From contig CAWGSZ010000002.1 of NCBI GenBank assembly GCA_963825295.1, positions 31,762 through 95,761 of the forward strand: DNA of 64,000 nt, in the 5' to 3' direction. The notes below the pieces were generated by a model. It was not told where the DNA came from, searched no databases, and saw only the letters and a program-made list of their open reading frames with translations. Shown piece after piece: positions 9,313 through 17,961 of the stretch. Each line of letters begins with the position of its first letter. The first letter of the stretch is position 1. The position numbers were made by a program, and so were the translations under genes. This DNA is from Vicinamibacterales bacterium. GTDB taxonomy: Bacteria > Acidobacteriota > Vicinamibacteria > Vicinamibacterales > JAMQPK01.

Positions 9313-9348
9313 GAAAAAGAGAAAGGGCGCCGGATCACTCCGGCGCCC
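9313..9348 (-). terminator. Intrinsic terminator downstream of actE
   Basis: The minus strand reads GGGCGCCGG agtgat CCGGCGCCC followed by TTTCTCTTTTTC. An adjacent perfect 20-bp palindrome CTTTTTCAGGCCTGAAAAAG lies at 9300-9319. Confidence 0.65.
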
Positions 9349-9382
9349 CCTCAGCCCTTAGCCCTTAGCCCTCAGCCTTTAC
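9348..9382 (-). repeat. 7-bp array CCCTTAG/CCCTCAG, 5 copies (G-tracts on the minus, sense strand)
   Basis: Read directly: ccctcag cccttag cccttag ccctcag cctttac. It starts at the actE stop codon. The minus strand reads GG ctga GGG ctaa GGG ctaa GGG ctga GGGGG. Confidence 0.9.
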
Positions 9383-9768
9383 TTCACCAGCGTCCGGGCA
9401 TAGTTCACGATGTCCGTGATCTCTTCCGGCTTCAGCCGCTTGCCGAGCGCGGGCATGTTGCCGATCTCGGTCTTCTTGCCGTTGGTGATGGATTCGTGGA
9501 TTTGCGCGTCGGTCAGTTTCGACATGACCGCCTTGTCCGAAAGGTTCGGAAGCTTGCCCTTCAGGTTCTTGGCCGCAGGACCGTCTCCCTGGCCTGTGGC
9601 GCCGTGGCACATTACGCACTGACGCTTGTAAAGAGCCGCGCCGTTGGTAATCGATTCCGGGCTGGCGGCCGCCGCGGCGGCGGGCTTCGCCTGGCCGGCG
9701 GCATATACCGCCGTCACGCAAAAAAGGGAAAGAGCTCCGGTCAAAGAAAGAAAGGATCTCATCGTCAT
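9379..9768 (-). CDS. actE: Monoheme cytochrome c (ActE-like subunit of alternative complex III)
   Basis: ORF 9379..9768. It has a signal peptide and a single CVMCH heme motif. It is the last gene of the act-like operon. Confidence 0.75.
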   Translation of the reverse strand: MTMRSFLSLTGALSLFCVTAVYAAGQAKPAAAAAASPESITNGAALYKRQCVMCHGATGQGDGPAAKNLKGKLPNLSDKAVMSKLTDAQIHESITNGKKTEIGNMPALGKRLKPEEITDIVNYARTLVK

Positions 9769-9770
9769 AG

Positions 9771-10274
9771 TTACACCCAGTTTACCTTAGTCGCCCCGGC
9801 CCCGTTGAGGGCGGTCTCCACCGTTTGACGCAAGCCGTCGGGACATGCGACGGCGAGCACGATGCCTCCGTCCACGACGCTGGGATCGTAGGGCAGGTTC
9901 TTGAAGTTGGGCAGTCCCAGTTCGACCAGCAGGCCGACCAGCGTGGCGATCACGGCGCCCAGCATCGTCGTTTCGTAGGTGATGAGGCCGACGGTCCACG
10001 GCGCGACGATAGGCATGCCGCCCTTGATCAGCGGGTAGTTCAACGCCGTGATCGTGGAGAGCGCGAAACCGCTCAGCAGCCCGATGGCGGCGCCCGAAAG
10101 CGCCCAGGTACGCAGCTTCGTGGGCTTCTTCTCCGGCACGATGCGTTCGCCATGAATCGGCTGCGACGACATGACCTCCATCGATTCGGGATCGATGCCG
10201 TCCTTGATGAGGCGCCGCACGGCGACGCGCGCCTGGGTGTGCTCGGCGAACTTGACGAGGCAGGTCTGGGCCAT
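9771..10274 (-). CDS. actD: ActD-like membrane subunit (DUF3341) of alternative complex III
   Basis: ORF 9771..10286, with the likely ATG at 10274 (MAQTCLVKFAEHTQARVAVRRLIKDG). It has two C-terminal TM helices. It lies 2 nt upstream of actE. Confidence 0.7.
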   Translation of the reverse strand: MAQTCLVKFAEHTQARVAVRRLIKDGIDPESMEVMSSQPIHGERIVPEKKPTKLRTWALSGAAIGLLSGFALSTITALNYPLIKGGMPIVAPWTVGLITYETTMLGAVIATLVGLLVELGLPNFKNLPYDPSVVDGGIVLAVACPDGLRQTVETALNGAGATKVNWV

Positions 10275-10287
10275 AGTGAATCTCAAA

Positions 10288-10357
10288 CTAGAATCTAAAA
10301 ACTAAAAACTAGAAACTACAACCGAGAACTGAAAACTGAAAACCGACGACTGAAAAC
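10288..10357. repeat. AT-rich 7-bp array (CTAGAAT/CTAAAAA/TGAAAAC), 10 units, filling the actC-actD spacer
   Basis: Read directly: ctagaat ctaaaaa ctaaaaa ctagaaa ctacaac cgagaac tgaaaac tgaaaac cgacgac tgaaaac. Confidence 0.9.
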
Positions 10358-11748
10358 TAATGAGCAGGATGCACGTCGCCCGCCACCTGCGTTCCGATGC
10401 TCGCCGGGTGATGCTCCGCCACCGTGTGTTTGGCAACCGAGTACCCCTCTTCGATCTCCCAGATGGAAATCATCGGGCTGAACTTGGCGAAGAGGAAATA
10501 CAACAGGACGAACAGGCCCAGCGTGCCCGATGCGATAGTCGCTTCAATGAGCGACGGGAAGTACGTACCGTAGTTGTACGGCAGGTACGGATGCGTGAGC
10601 GTAGGCACGATAATCAGGAACCGCTCCAGCCACATGCCGACGAGAATGCAGGTCGACGCGACGAAGATGAGCGGAATCGTCCGCAGCTTCTTGATCGCCA
10701 GAATCGGGAACGGGATCACGAAGTTGCACACGACCATCAGCCAGAAGAGCGGGGCGAAGCGGCCCGAAATCTTCGACCAGAAGACCGGCATCTCGGGCGC
10801 CTCGTTGCCGTACCACGTCACGAGGTACTCCGTGAACGTGAAGTAGAACCACAGCAGGCTCATCGCGAACAGCATTTTCGCGAGGTTGTCGAAATGGATC
10901 GGCAGCAGGTACTGCTCGAGCTTGAAGTACTTCCGGATAAGCACCATGGCGATCAGCAGCGCGGCGATACCCGAGAAGATGGCCCCGACGACGAAGTACG
11001 GTCCGAAGATGGTGCTGCGCCACATCGGCATCAGCGTCATCGCGAAGTCCCACGACACGATCGTGTGAACCGACACCGCGACCGGAATGATGATGAGCGC
11101 CATGATGGAGATGGCTTTTTCCAGCCGCACCCATTCCCGTTCCGTTCCCCGCCATCCGAGCGCGAGCATGCGGTACATCTTCTTGCGCCAGCCGGTGGCT
11201 TTATCGCGCGCGACGGCCATGTCGGGAATCATCGGCAGGTACAGGTAGGTGACGCTGCCGGTGAGGTAGGTGTTGATGGCGATGAAATCCCACATCAGCG
11301 GCGACTGGAAGTTCGGCCACAGGTACCGGTTGTTGGGCACCGGGATCATCCAGTAGAACAGCCACGCGCGTCCGAGGTGGACGATGGGAAAGAGCGAGCC
11401 GGTACAGAGGGCGAATGTGGTGATCGCTTCCGCGCACCGGGTGATCGGCCTGCGCCACTCGGCCTGCACGACCCGCAGAATGGCCGAGATGAGCGTGCCG
11501 GCGTGGCTGATGCCGATCCAGAAGACGAACGTCGTGATGTAGAGGCCCCAGAACGACGGGCGGTTCTTGCCCGCCATGCCGATGCCGTATTTCAGCTGAA
11601 AGAACCAGGCCACGAACACCATGCCCGTCACCGCGAGGAGCACGGCGAGCATGATGTAGTACTTCGGTCCGGTCTTGAAGAGCGGACCCAGCAGGTCGCG
11701 ATTGATCTGGGCTTCCGTTGGATGAAAGGGTGCCGGAGTCTGAGCCAC
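10357..11748 (-). CDS. actC: NrfD/PsrC-family integral membrane quinol-interacting subunit (ActC-like)
   Basis: ORF 10357..11748, 463 aa. It is polytopic, and its position directly after the Fe-S subunit (1-nt gap) is typical of ACIII and polysulfide-reductase-like complexes. Confidence 0.85.
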   Translation of the reverse strand: MAQTPAPFHPTEAQINRDLLGPLFKTGPKYYIMLAVLLAVTGMVFVAWFFQLKYGIGMAGKNRPSFWGLYITTFVFWIGISHAGTLISAILRVVQAEWRRPITRCAEAITTFALCTGSLFPIVHLGRAWLFYWMIPVPNNRYLWPNFQSPLMWDFIAINTYLTGSVTYLYLPMIPDMAVARDKATGWRKKMYRMLALGWRGTEREWVRLEKAISIMALIIIPVAVSVHTIVSWDFAMTLMPMWRSTIFGPYFVVGAIFSGIAALLIAMVLIRKYFKLEQYLLPIHFDNLAKMLFAMSLLWFYFTFTEYLVTWYGNEAPEMPVFWSKISGRFAPLFWLMVVCNFVIPFPILAIKKLRTIPLIFVASTCILVGMWLERFLIIVPTLTHPYLPYNYGTYFPSLIEATIASGTLGLFVLLYFLFAKFSPMISIWEIEEGYSVAKHTVAEHHPASIGTQVAGDVHPAH

Positions 11749-11749
11749 G

Positions 11750-12436
11750 TTAGGCGTCCCCTTCCTTCAAGTACACGACGCGCGGCCGGGTGCCGAGCTC
11801 TTCGAGCAGCCGGTACCCGCGGCGCGAATGCGCCAGCTTCGAGACGCGGCTCTCGGGGTCGGTCATGTCGCCGAACGTGATCACCTTCGACGGGCAGGCC
11901 TGCGCGCAGGCGGGCTGAATCTCGCCGTCACGCACGCCGCGGGTTTCGTCCTTGGCCGTGTCCTGCGCGCGACGGATGCGCTGCACGCAGAAGGTGCACT
12001 TCTCCATGATGCCGCTCGTGCGGATCGACACGTCGGGGTTGAGCTGCTCGTTCAGCGGGCTCGGCCACTCGGGGGTGAACCAGGTGAAGTAGCGCGCCGT
12101 GTACGGGCAGTTGTTCGCGCAGAAGCGCGTGCCCACGCAGCGGTTGTAGACCTGGGCGTTCAGGCCCTCGGGCGTGTGATACGTCGCGTTGACGGGGCAG
12201 ACCGGCTCGCAGGGCGCCGCATCGCACTGCTGGCACATCACCGGCATGAAGCGCGCCCGGATGTTCGGGAATTCACCCTCCCAGTAGCGTTCGACGCGAA
12301 TCCACTGATGCGTCCGGCCGTTGGCCGCCTGCTCCTCGCCGACGACCGGCAGATTGTTTTCGGCATGGCACGCCACGACGCAGGCTTCGCAGCCCGTGCA
12401 GCGATCCAGGTCGATTGTCATTCCCCACTGGGCCAT
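11750..12436 (-). CDS. actB: 4Fe-4S ferredoxin-type iron-sulfur subunit (ActB2-like)
   Basis: ORF 11750..12436. Cys clusters: CTGCEACVVACH, CQQCDAAPCEPVCP, CVGTRFCANNCP and CTFCVQR...CAQACP. Confidence 0.85.
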   Translation of the reverse strand: MAQWGMTIDLDRCTGCEACVVACHAENNLPVVGEEQAANGRTHQWIRVERYWEGEFPNIRARFMPVMCQQCDAAPCEPVCPVNATYHTPEGLNAQVYNRCVGTRFCANNCPYTARYFTWFTPEWPSPLNEQLNPDVSIRTSGIMEKCTFCVQRIRRAQDTAKDETRGVRDGEIQPACAQACPSKVITFGDMTDPESRVSKLAHSRRGYRLLEELGTRPRVVYLKEGDA

Positions 12437-12443
12437 TGGAACT

Positions 12444-12506
12444 CCGAATCTAAAATCTAGAATCTACAATCTGAAATCTTCGAACTGATAACTGAAAACT
12501 GAAACC
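12444..12506. repeat. AT-rich 7-bp array (TAGAATC/TGAAAAC family), 9 units, filling the actB1-actB2 spacer
   Basis: Read directly: ccgaatc taaaatc tagaatc tacaatc tgaaatc ttcgaac tgataac tgaaaac tgaaacc. Confidence 0.9.
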
Positions 12507-12512
12507 CGGTTC

Positions 12513-14830
12513 TTACCGATGCAACGGATGCTCGTGATGCCCGCGAGCATCGCTGGCGCCGAACCGTACCAACCTGACATTCCGTCCCGTTTTGGTGATG
12601 CCGACGCGCACGCCGGTCTGCAGCACCGCGCCAGTTGTGGTGTCGAGCGCCGACTGGCTGATGCGCAGGGGATTCTCGCCGCGATTCTGCGCGTAGCGGC
12701 CGAACTGCGTATGACCCTGACCGGCCGGAATCGCGATGACGTCCGGACGCAGGCCGGGATACAGGAATGCCGGGAGCTCGATGATGCCGTGCGCCGATCT
12801 GATCGTCAGCACGTCTCCCTCGTGGATCTCCATCTTGTGCGCCGTTTCCGGATTGATTTCGACCCACGATCCCCACATGACGGTGGTCATCGGGTCGGGC
12901 ATTTCCTGCAACCACGGCAGATGCGCGCTGCGTCCATCGGCGAACGCGGCCGACGGATAGATGTGCAGCATGTACGGCATCCCGGCGACGTCGCCCGCAA
13001 ATGGCCGTGCGGCCACCGGCTGCGCAGGCACGACGAAGTTCATGCGCCCGGAAACGGGGTCGGGAGGGGTTTTCGATCCCTTCTCCGCGAAAACCCCTCC
13101 CGACCCCGTTTGGGCCGACACCGCAGGCGCGGGATTCCACCATCCTCCCGCCGCGGTCACCTTGCGATAGAACGCCTCGAAGTCGGCCTCGACCGTCGAG
13201 CCCGCCTGCAGCGTGTGAACCGATCGGAACGATTCCTTCACCGCAGCCGCCATGTTCTCGAACGGCATGGCTTCGGCGGCCTTCCCTCCGAGTGCCTTCG
13301 CCGTTTCAATCAGGACGTCACCGGGGTCACGGGTCTCCCATCGTGGCTCGACGACAGGCTGACCGAGCGTCCGCACCGCAAATCCAACGCCCGGTTCCGG
13401 CACATCGTCGATCCATCGCTCGAGCGAGACGTGGCTCGGGAGAATCAGATCGGCCATGACGGAGGTTTCGTCGAGAAACGACGCCAGGCTCGCGATGAAC
13501 GGCACGTTCGCCAGCGCCGATCGCAGCTTGTCGGCTTCAGGCAGCGAGAAGAGAGGATTGGTGTCGAGCACGACCAGCGCCTTGATCTGGCTCTGCCCCA
13601 TCGCACCGATGAGCGCATGAATATCGGTGTGAGGTGCCGCTCCCTGCGCGGGTACGGGCCCGCTCGTGTCATCGGCCCCGAACAGGATGCCGCCCTGGCG
13701 GCCGTATGCGCCCACGAGCGCATTCAGCGCGAAGATCGCCGTCAGCGACGCGACGTCGCGGCTGTCGCCGATGGCGACGCTCGGCCGGCGCGCGGCGAAC
13801 TCGCGCGCGATGCGCTGGATTGACGCGGCAGGCACGTCGATCGCGGCGGCCACTTTCTCTGGCGCGTAGTCGCCGAGCGAGGCCGACCATGCCGCGAACC
13901 CGTTCGTCCGCTGATCCACGAAGTCGGCGTCGTAGAGCTTCTCGTTGACGATCACGTTGAGCCATCGCGAGCGCGAGCAGGCCTTCGGTGCCGGGCTTCA
14001 TCGGCAGCCACTCGTCGGCGCACGCCGCCGTCTGCGACAGCCGCGGCTCTGCGTGGACGAACTTGCCGCGTATGCCCGGGCGTCCCTGGCGGAACTCGCC
14101 GTACCGAGTACATGTAGCGCACGGGCGAGAGGAACGTCTCGAACAGGTTCGCGTTGAACGACAGCAGATAGTTCGCGCGGGCGAAGTCGACGGCTGGAAG
14201 CCGCGAGACGCCCGTGACCAGCTCCATCGCCTTGCGAATGGGCGCGGGATCGAACGGATCGTACGAGACGACATGGTTCGTGCCGAGGCCGGCGGCGAAG
14301 CGTTCGACGACGGTGCCCATGGTGCCGCGGTTGCGGCGGCCGGAGAGGAGCGCGATCGCCTGCGGCGACGCTTGCTGCTGCTGCAGCGCGGTCACGAGCT
14401 GCTGCTGCGCTTCCTTCCAGGTGATGGGTTGATACTGCCCCGTGCCGCGCGGTCCGAGGAGCTTGAGCGGCGTCTGGATGCGATCGGGGTGATAGAGCGC
14501 CTGCACGCCGGCCTGCCCGCGGGCGCAGGTGCCGCCCATGCTGATCGGATGCTCGGGGTTCCCCTCGATCTTCTTCGCCTGCACCGCCTTGACGCGTTTC
14601 TGCTGTCCGTCGATCGTGCGGATCGACTCACCCTGCATCACGCGAACGGTGATGCCGCATCCCGCGGAGCATTGCTGGCAGAGCGTTCGCACCCAGCCTT
14701 CTTCGCCCGGCACGAACCGATCTTCGGACACGAGCAGCGGAATCAACTGCTGCGGTTTGCCGCACCCGTCGAGGATGAGCCCGGCGGTGCCCGCGACGCC
14801 GCCGGTTTTGAGGAAATCGCGTCTTTTCAT
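12513..14830 (-). CDS. actB: Molybdopterin-oxidoreductase-like subunit (ActB1-like), two apparent frameshifts
   Basis: It has the Tat signal MKRRDFLKTGGVAGTAG and the motif CQQCSAGCG. Three ORF pieces join into one protein if two indels are corrected: 13952..14830, the YGEFRQGRPGIRGKFVHAEPRLSQTAACADEWLPMKPGTEGLLALAMA segment of 13669..14274, and 12513..13955. The indels are at about 14104-14105 (GG run) and 13957-13958 (AA run). With the second fix the junction reads LALAMAHVIVNEKLYDADF. Confidence 0.8.
13052..13111. repeat. Perfect 24-bp inverted repeat with a 12-nt loop (60 bp total) inside the actB1 coding sequence
   Basis: aaacggggtcgggaggggttttcg (13052-13075), atcccttctccg, cgaaaacccctcccgaccccgttt (13088-13111). 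The same arms occur at 47677-47775. Confidence 0.9.
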
Positions 14831-14834
14831 CGAG

Positions 14835-15332
14835 CTACTTGTGGCAGACGAGGCAATCGATGCTCACCTGCTTCTCCCTGTGGCAGTCGATGCACTTGCC
14901 CATCGTCCATTTGACGTTTTCCCGCATGTCCATCATTTGAGCCATGTCGCCGTGGCACGTGGAACACTCGACGCCGGCTTTCACGTGCCGCTTGTGCGTG
15001 AAGTTTACGGCGGCCGAAGGAGCGAAGCCGTAGACGCGCACCCAGGGCGGTTCTTCCCCAGCCTTGGCGAACGCGGCGAGCTTCTGAATCTCCGGGCTCT
15101 CGGGCTTGACGTTCTCGTGGCAGACCATGCACTCGGTCACGCTCGGAATGGTGGCGGCGATCGATCGGTCGGCGTTCACATGACACGTCAGGCATTCCAT
15201 CTGGTTGTCAGTCACGTGGGTCTTGTGCGGGTAGGCAACGGGCTGCGCGATGGGACCCGCGGGCCAGAAGGCGGCCGCTGCCGAGGCAATCAGCAGAGTC
15301 AGCACAACAGCGCCGAAAACGAATTTACGCAT
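14835..15332 (-). CDS. actA: Pentaheme cytochrome c (ActA-like)
   Basis: ORF 14835..15332. It has an N-terminal TM anchor and five CXXCH motifs: CLTCH, CMVCH, CSTCH, CIDCH, CLVCH. Confidence 0.8.
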   Translation of the reverse strand: MRKFVFGAVVLTLLIASAAAAFWPAGPIAQPVAYPHKTHVTDNQMECLTCHVNADRSIAATIPSVTECMVCHENVKPESPEIQKLAAFAKAGEEPPWVRVYGFAPSAAVNFTHKRHVKAGVECSTCHGDMAQMMDMRENVKWTMGKCIDCHREKQVSIDCLVCHK

Positions 15333-15406
15333 GCGTAGTCTGTGCTCAGGGAATTAGGCTAGTCGTGTCGAGGCGCGAAAGTTTATATCGCTTTGAGTAC
15401 CGAAGT

Positions 15407-17461
15407 CTAGGGACGGGAGGCCTCGAACGGCGCGTTCTGGGCGGGGATCGGCTCCGGTGTGTAGGGGAGATTTCGTACGTACTTCTCAACCCACTCCATC
15501 TCCACGTTCATCTTGTAGAGTTGGTGCGCGGGTTGCACCCAATCGTGGCCTTCGCGCGGTGCGATGTGGACCTCGCTGGCCACTCCTTGTGCCTTGATGG
15601 CGCGGCTCAGCTCCATCGCCTGCGACATCGGCACGCGGGGATCGTTCTCGCCGATGAAGAACAACGCGGGCGTGCGGACCGCCGTCACGTATTTCAAGGG
15701 AGAGTGCTCCCAGTACGTGTCGATGGGCGAGTTCTTCTGCCAGAGCGTGCCGCCGAACCACAGATCGCGATCGGAACGCGTGTCCGACACGCCATACAGC
15801 GAGATCCAGTTCGCGACACCGGCTCCCGAGGACGCCGCTTTGAATCGCGTTGTGAACGTGATCAGCTTGTTGGCGAGATGCCCGCCCGCGCTCCAGCCCA
15901 TGACCGCGACCTGACCGGCATCGGCGATGCCCATCGCGATGACGCGATCGACGCCGGCCAGCACATCGTGGTGGCTGTTCTTGAAGTAGCCGCCAATCGG
16001 CTCGCGATAGAACGCGTTGCCATACCCCGAGCTGCCACGGTAGTTGGGCCGCAGGATCGCGTAGCCGCGCGCCGCCCAGGCAGGCTGGTAATAAAAGAAG
16101 ATCGATCCCCATCCGAATCGATCGGACGCTTCCGGGCCGCCGTGCAGTTGCACGATGAGCGGATAGCGCGTGCCCGGTTTGTAGTCGATCGGATACGTGA
16201 GCACGCCTTCCACGCGCGCGCCGTCGATGCCCTTCCATTCGATCCGCTCCTGCCGCGGCAGCGCGAATTCGCGATCGAGGTAGTCGTAGATGCCGGTCAC
16301 GCGTTTCGGCGCGGCGTCGCCCGTCGTCCACGTCCAGATGTCGCCGATCCGCGTGGGCTCGTCGATCATGAACACGTGCCGCCCCGACACCGTGCTCCAC
16401 GACGTCGGCACGAGCGCGTGATCGCCTTTCGTGACGGGCTTCGGCGTGCGCGACGCGAGGTCGACCTGAAAGAGGTCCAGCCGGACGCCGGTGTTGACGA
16501 GCATCCAGATCGACTTGCTGTCGGCGGCCCAGCCCGCGCGCTGCACTTCGTACGGAAAATCCGGCATCAGCGCGCGTGCCTGGCCCCCTGCCGCGGGCAC
16601 GAGAAACAGGTTCGCGTTGTAGTACGGCTCCTGCCTGTGATTCGCTCGCGCGATGAACAGCACCTGCGAGCCATCCGGTGCGAGCTCGCCGTCTTCTTCA
16701 GGGATCGCATTCCTGGTGAGCTGCACGGGCGACGTGCCATCGGCCGCGACGTTCCACAGCTCCATCTTGTCGGTGTCGGCCGGAAGCTGCGTGGGCTTGC
16801 GGCTGAGGATGATGCGGTGGCCGTCTGCTGAAATCCTGTAGGCGAAGACGTAGTAGTCGCCGCCGGTAATGCGCGTGTCCGTTCCGTCGGCGACAGCCAT
16901 CTTCCACAGGTGCCGCTGCCGGTACTCGTCGAGCACGCGGACGTCGCCTCGAAGCTGCTGCCGCGCGCGTTCGGCATCGGTCGGCGGATCGGACGCCAGG
17001 AAATAGACCGATGTCCCGTCGGGATGCCACGAAATGTCGGCCACAGCGGCTCGCTTGGAGACCTGGCGCGGCGTACCGCCCGCGGCCGGTACGACGAAGA
17101 CGCTGCCGCGCAGGAGGAAGGCAATCGCAGAGCCGTCCGGCGACCAGCGCGGGTTGTAGGCGCCCGCTTCGTCAACGAGCTGGCGAAGGCCGGTGCCGTC
17201 GCTGTTGATGCGCCAGATGCGAGGCACGCGCTGGTTCGCCGGCCAGTCGGCGGTGGCGAGCACGAACGTCAGGCTTTTGCCGTCGGGAGAAATCTGCGGA
17301 TCGCCGACGCGCGGGATGTTCAGCAGGTCCACGAGCGTCATCGGACGCTTGGCCTGCTGGGTGGAAGCGCTTGACGTCAAGGCCAGGCAGACGGCCAGCA
17401 GGACGGCCGGGAAGCAGCATGAACGCGCTGGCATGGAGGTCAAGCGAGTATAAACTGTCAA
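15407..17461 (-). CDS. S9 family serine peptidase with an N-terminal beta-propeller
   Basis: ORF 15407..17461. It has the nucleophile motif VMGWSAGGH and TolB-like PDG/SPDG propeller repeats. An alternative start at MPARSCCF (17434) gives a cleaner signal peptide. Confidence 0.85.
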   Translation of the reverse strand: MTVYTRLTSMPARSCCFPAVLLAVCLALTSSASTQQAKRPMTLVDLLNIPRVGDPQISPDGKSLTFVLATADWPANQRVPRIWRINSDGTGLRQLVDEAGAYNPRWSPDGSAIAFLLRGSVFVVPAAGGTPRQVSKRAAVADISWHPDGTSVYFLASDPPTDAERARQQLRGDVRVLDEYRQRHLWKMAVADGTDTRITGGDYYVFAYRISADGHRIILSRKPTQLPADTDKMELWNVAADGTSPVQLTRNAIPEEDGELAPDGSQVLFIARANHRQEPYYNANLFLVPAAGGQARALMPDFPYEVQRAGWAADSKSIWMLVNTGVRLDLFQVDLASRTPKPVTKGDHALVPTSWSTVSGRHVFMIDEPTRIGDIWTWTTGDAAPKRVTGIYDYLDREFALPRQERIEWKGIDGARVEGVLTYPIDYKPGTRYPLIVQLHGGPEASDRFGWGSIFFYYQPAWAARGYAILRPNYRGSSGYGNAFYREPIGGYFKNSHHDVLAGVDRVIAMGIADAGQVAVMGWSAGGHLANKLITFTTRFKAASSGAGVANWISLYGVSDTRSDRDLWFGGTLWQKNSPIDTYWEHSPLKYVTAVRTPALFFIGENDPRVPMSQAMELSRAIKAQGVASEVHIAPREGHDWVQPAHQLYKMNVEMEWVEKYVRNLPYTPEPIPAQNAPFEASRP

Positions 17462-17484
17462 AATAGGCTTCAGGCAGCCACCCA

Positions 17485-17961
17485 GTGTCTGACCGTAAAT
17501 ATCGGCAGCGCGGCTATCAGGATTCAGGCCGCGACAAGCAGCCCCGTCAGAGCGGACCGCGTCCGCCCCAGGCGCCCAAACCGCCTGCCGACCGTATCGA
17601 GACGCGTGCCGACAAGGCCGAGCGCCGCGCGCTCGAGGGACGCGCGCCGAGCGTACCTGGTTTTACCGAGGTCATGCGCTGCGCCCGCTGCGGCAACGTG
17701 TTTGCCGACGCCATCGCGGCCGACTCGCGATGCAAGCGTTGCGGCGCCGACCTGCGAAGCTGCGCGCAGTGCGAGTCGTTCGACGCCGGCCAGCGATTCG
17801 AGTGCGTCCAGACCATTCCCGTGCGTATCTCCCCGAAGGACGTGCGGAACACGTGCGAACACTTTTCCCCGCGCGTGACGGTCGAGCGCGAAACGCGATC
17901 GCAGGCGCAGCCACAAGCGCCGAACAGCGCACGCAAAGCGTTCGATGACCTCTTCAAGTAA
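17485..17961 (+). CDS. Zinc-ribbon hypothetical protein with a basic disordered N-terminus
   Basis: ORF 17485..17961 with a GTG start. Cys pairs: CARCG...CKRCG...CAQC...C...C. Confidence 0.6.
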   Translation: MSDRKYRQRGYQDSGRDKQPRQSGPRPPQAPKPPADRIETRADKAERRALEGRAPSVPGFTEVMRCARCGNVFADAIAADSRCKRCGADLRSCAQCESFDAGQRFECVQTIPVRISPKDVRNTCEHFSPRVTVERETRSQAQPQAPNSARKAFDDLFK

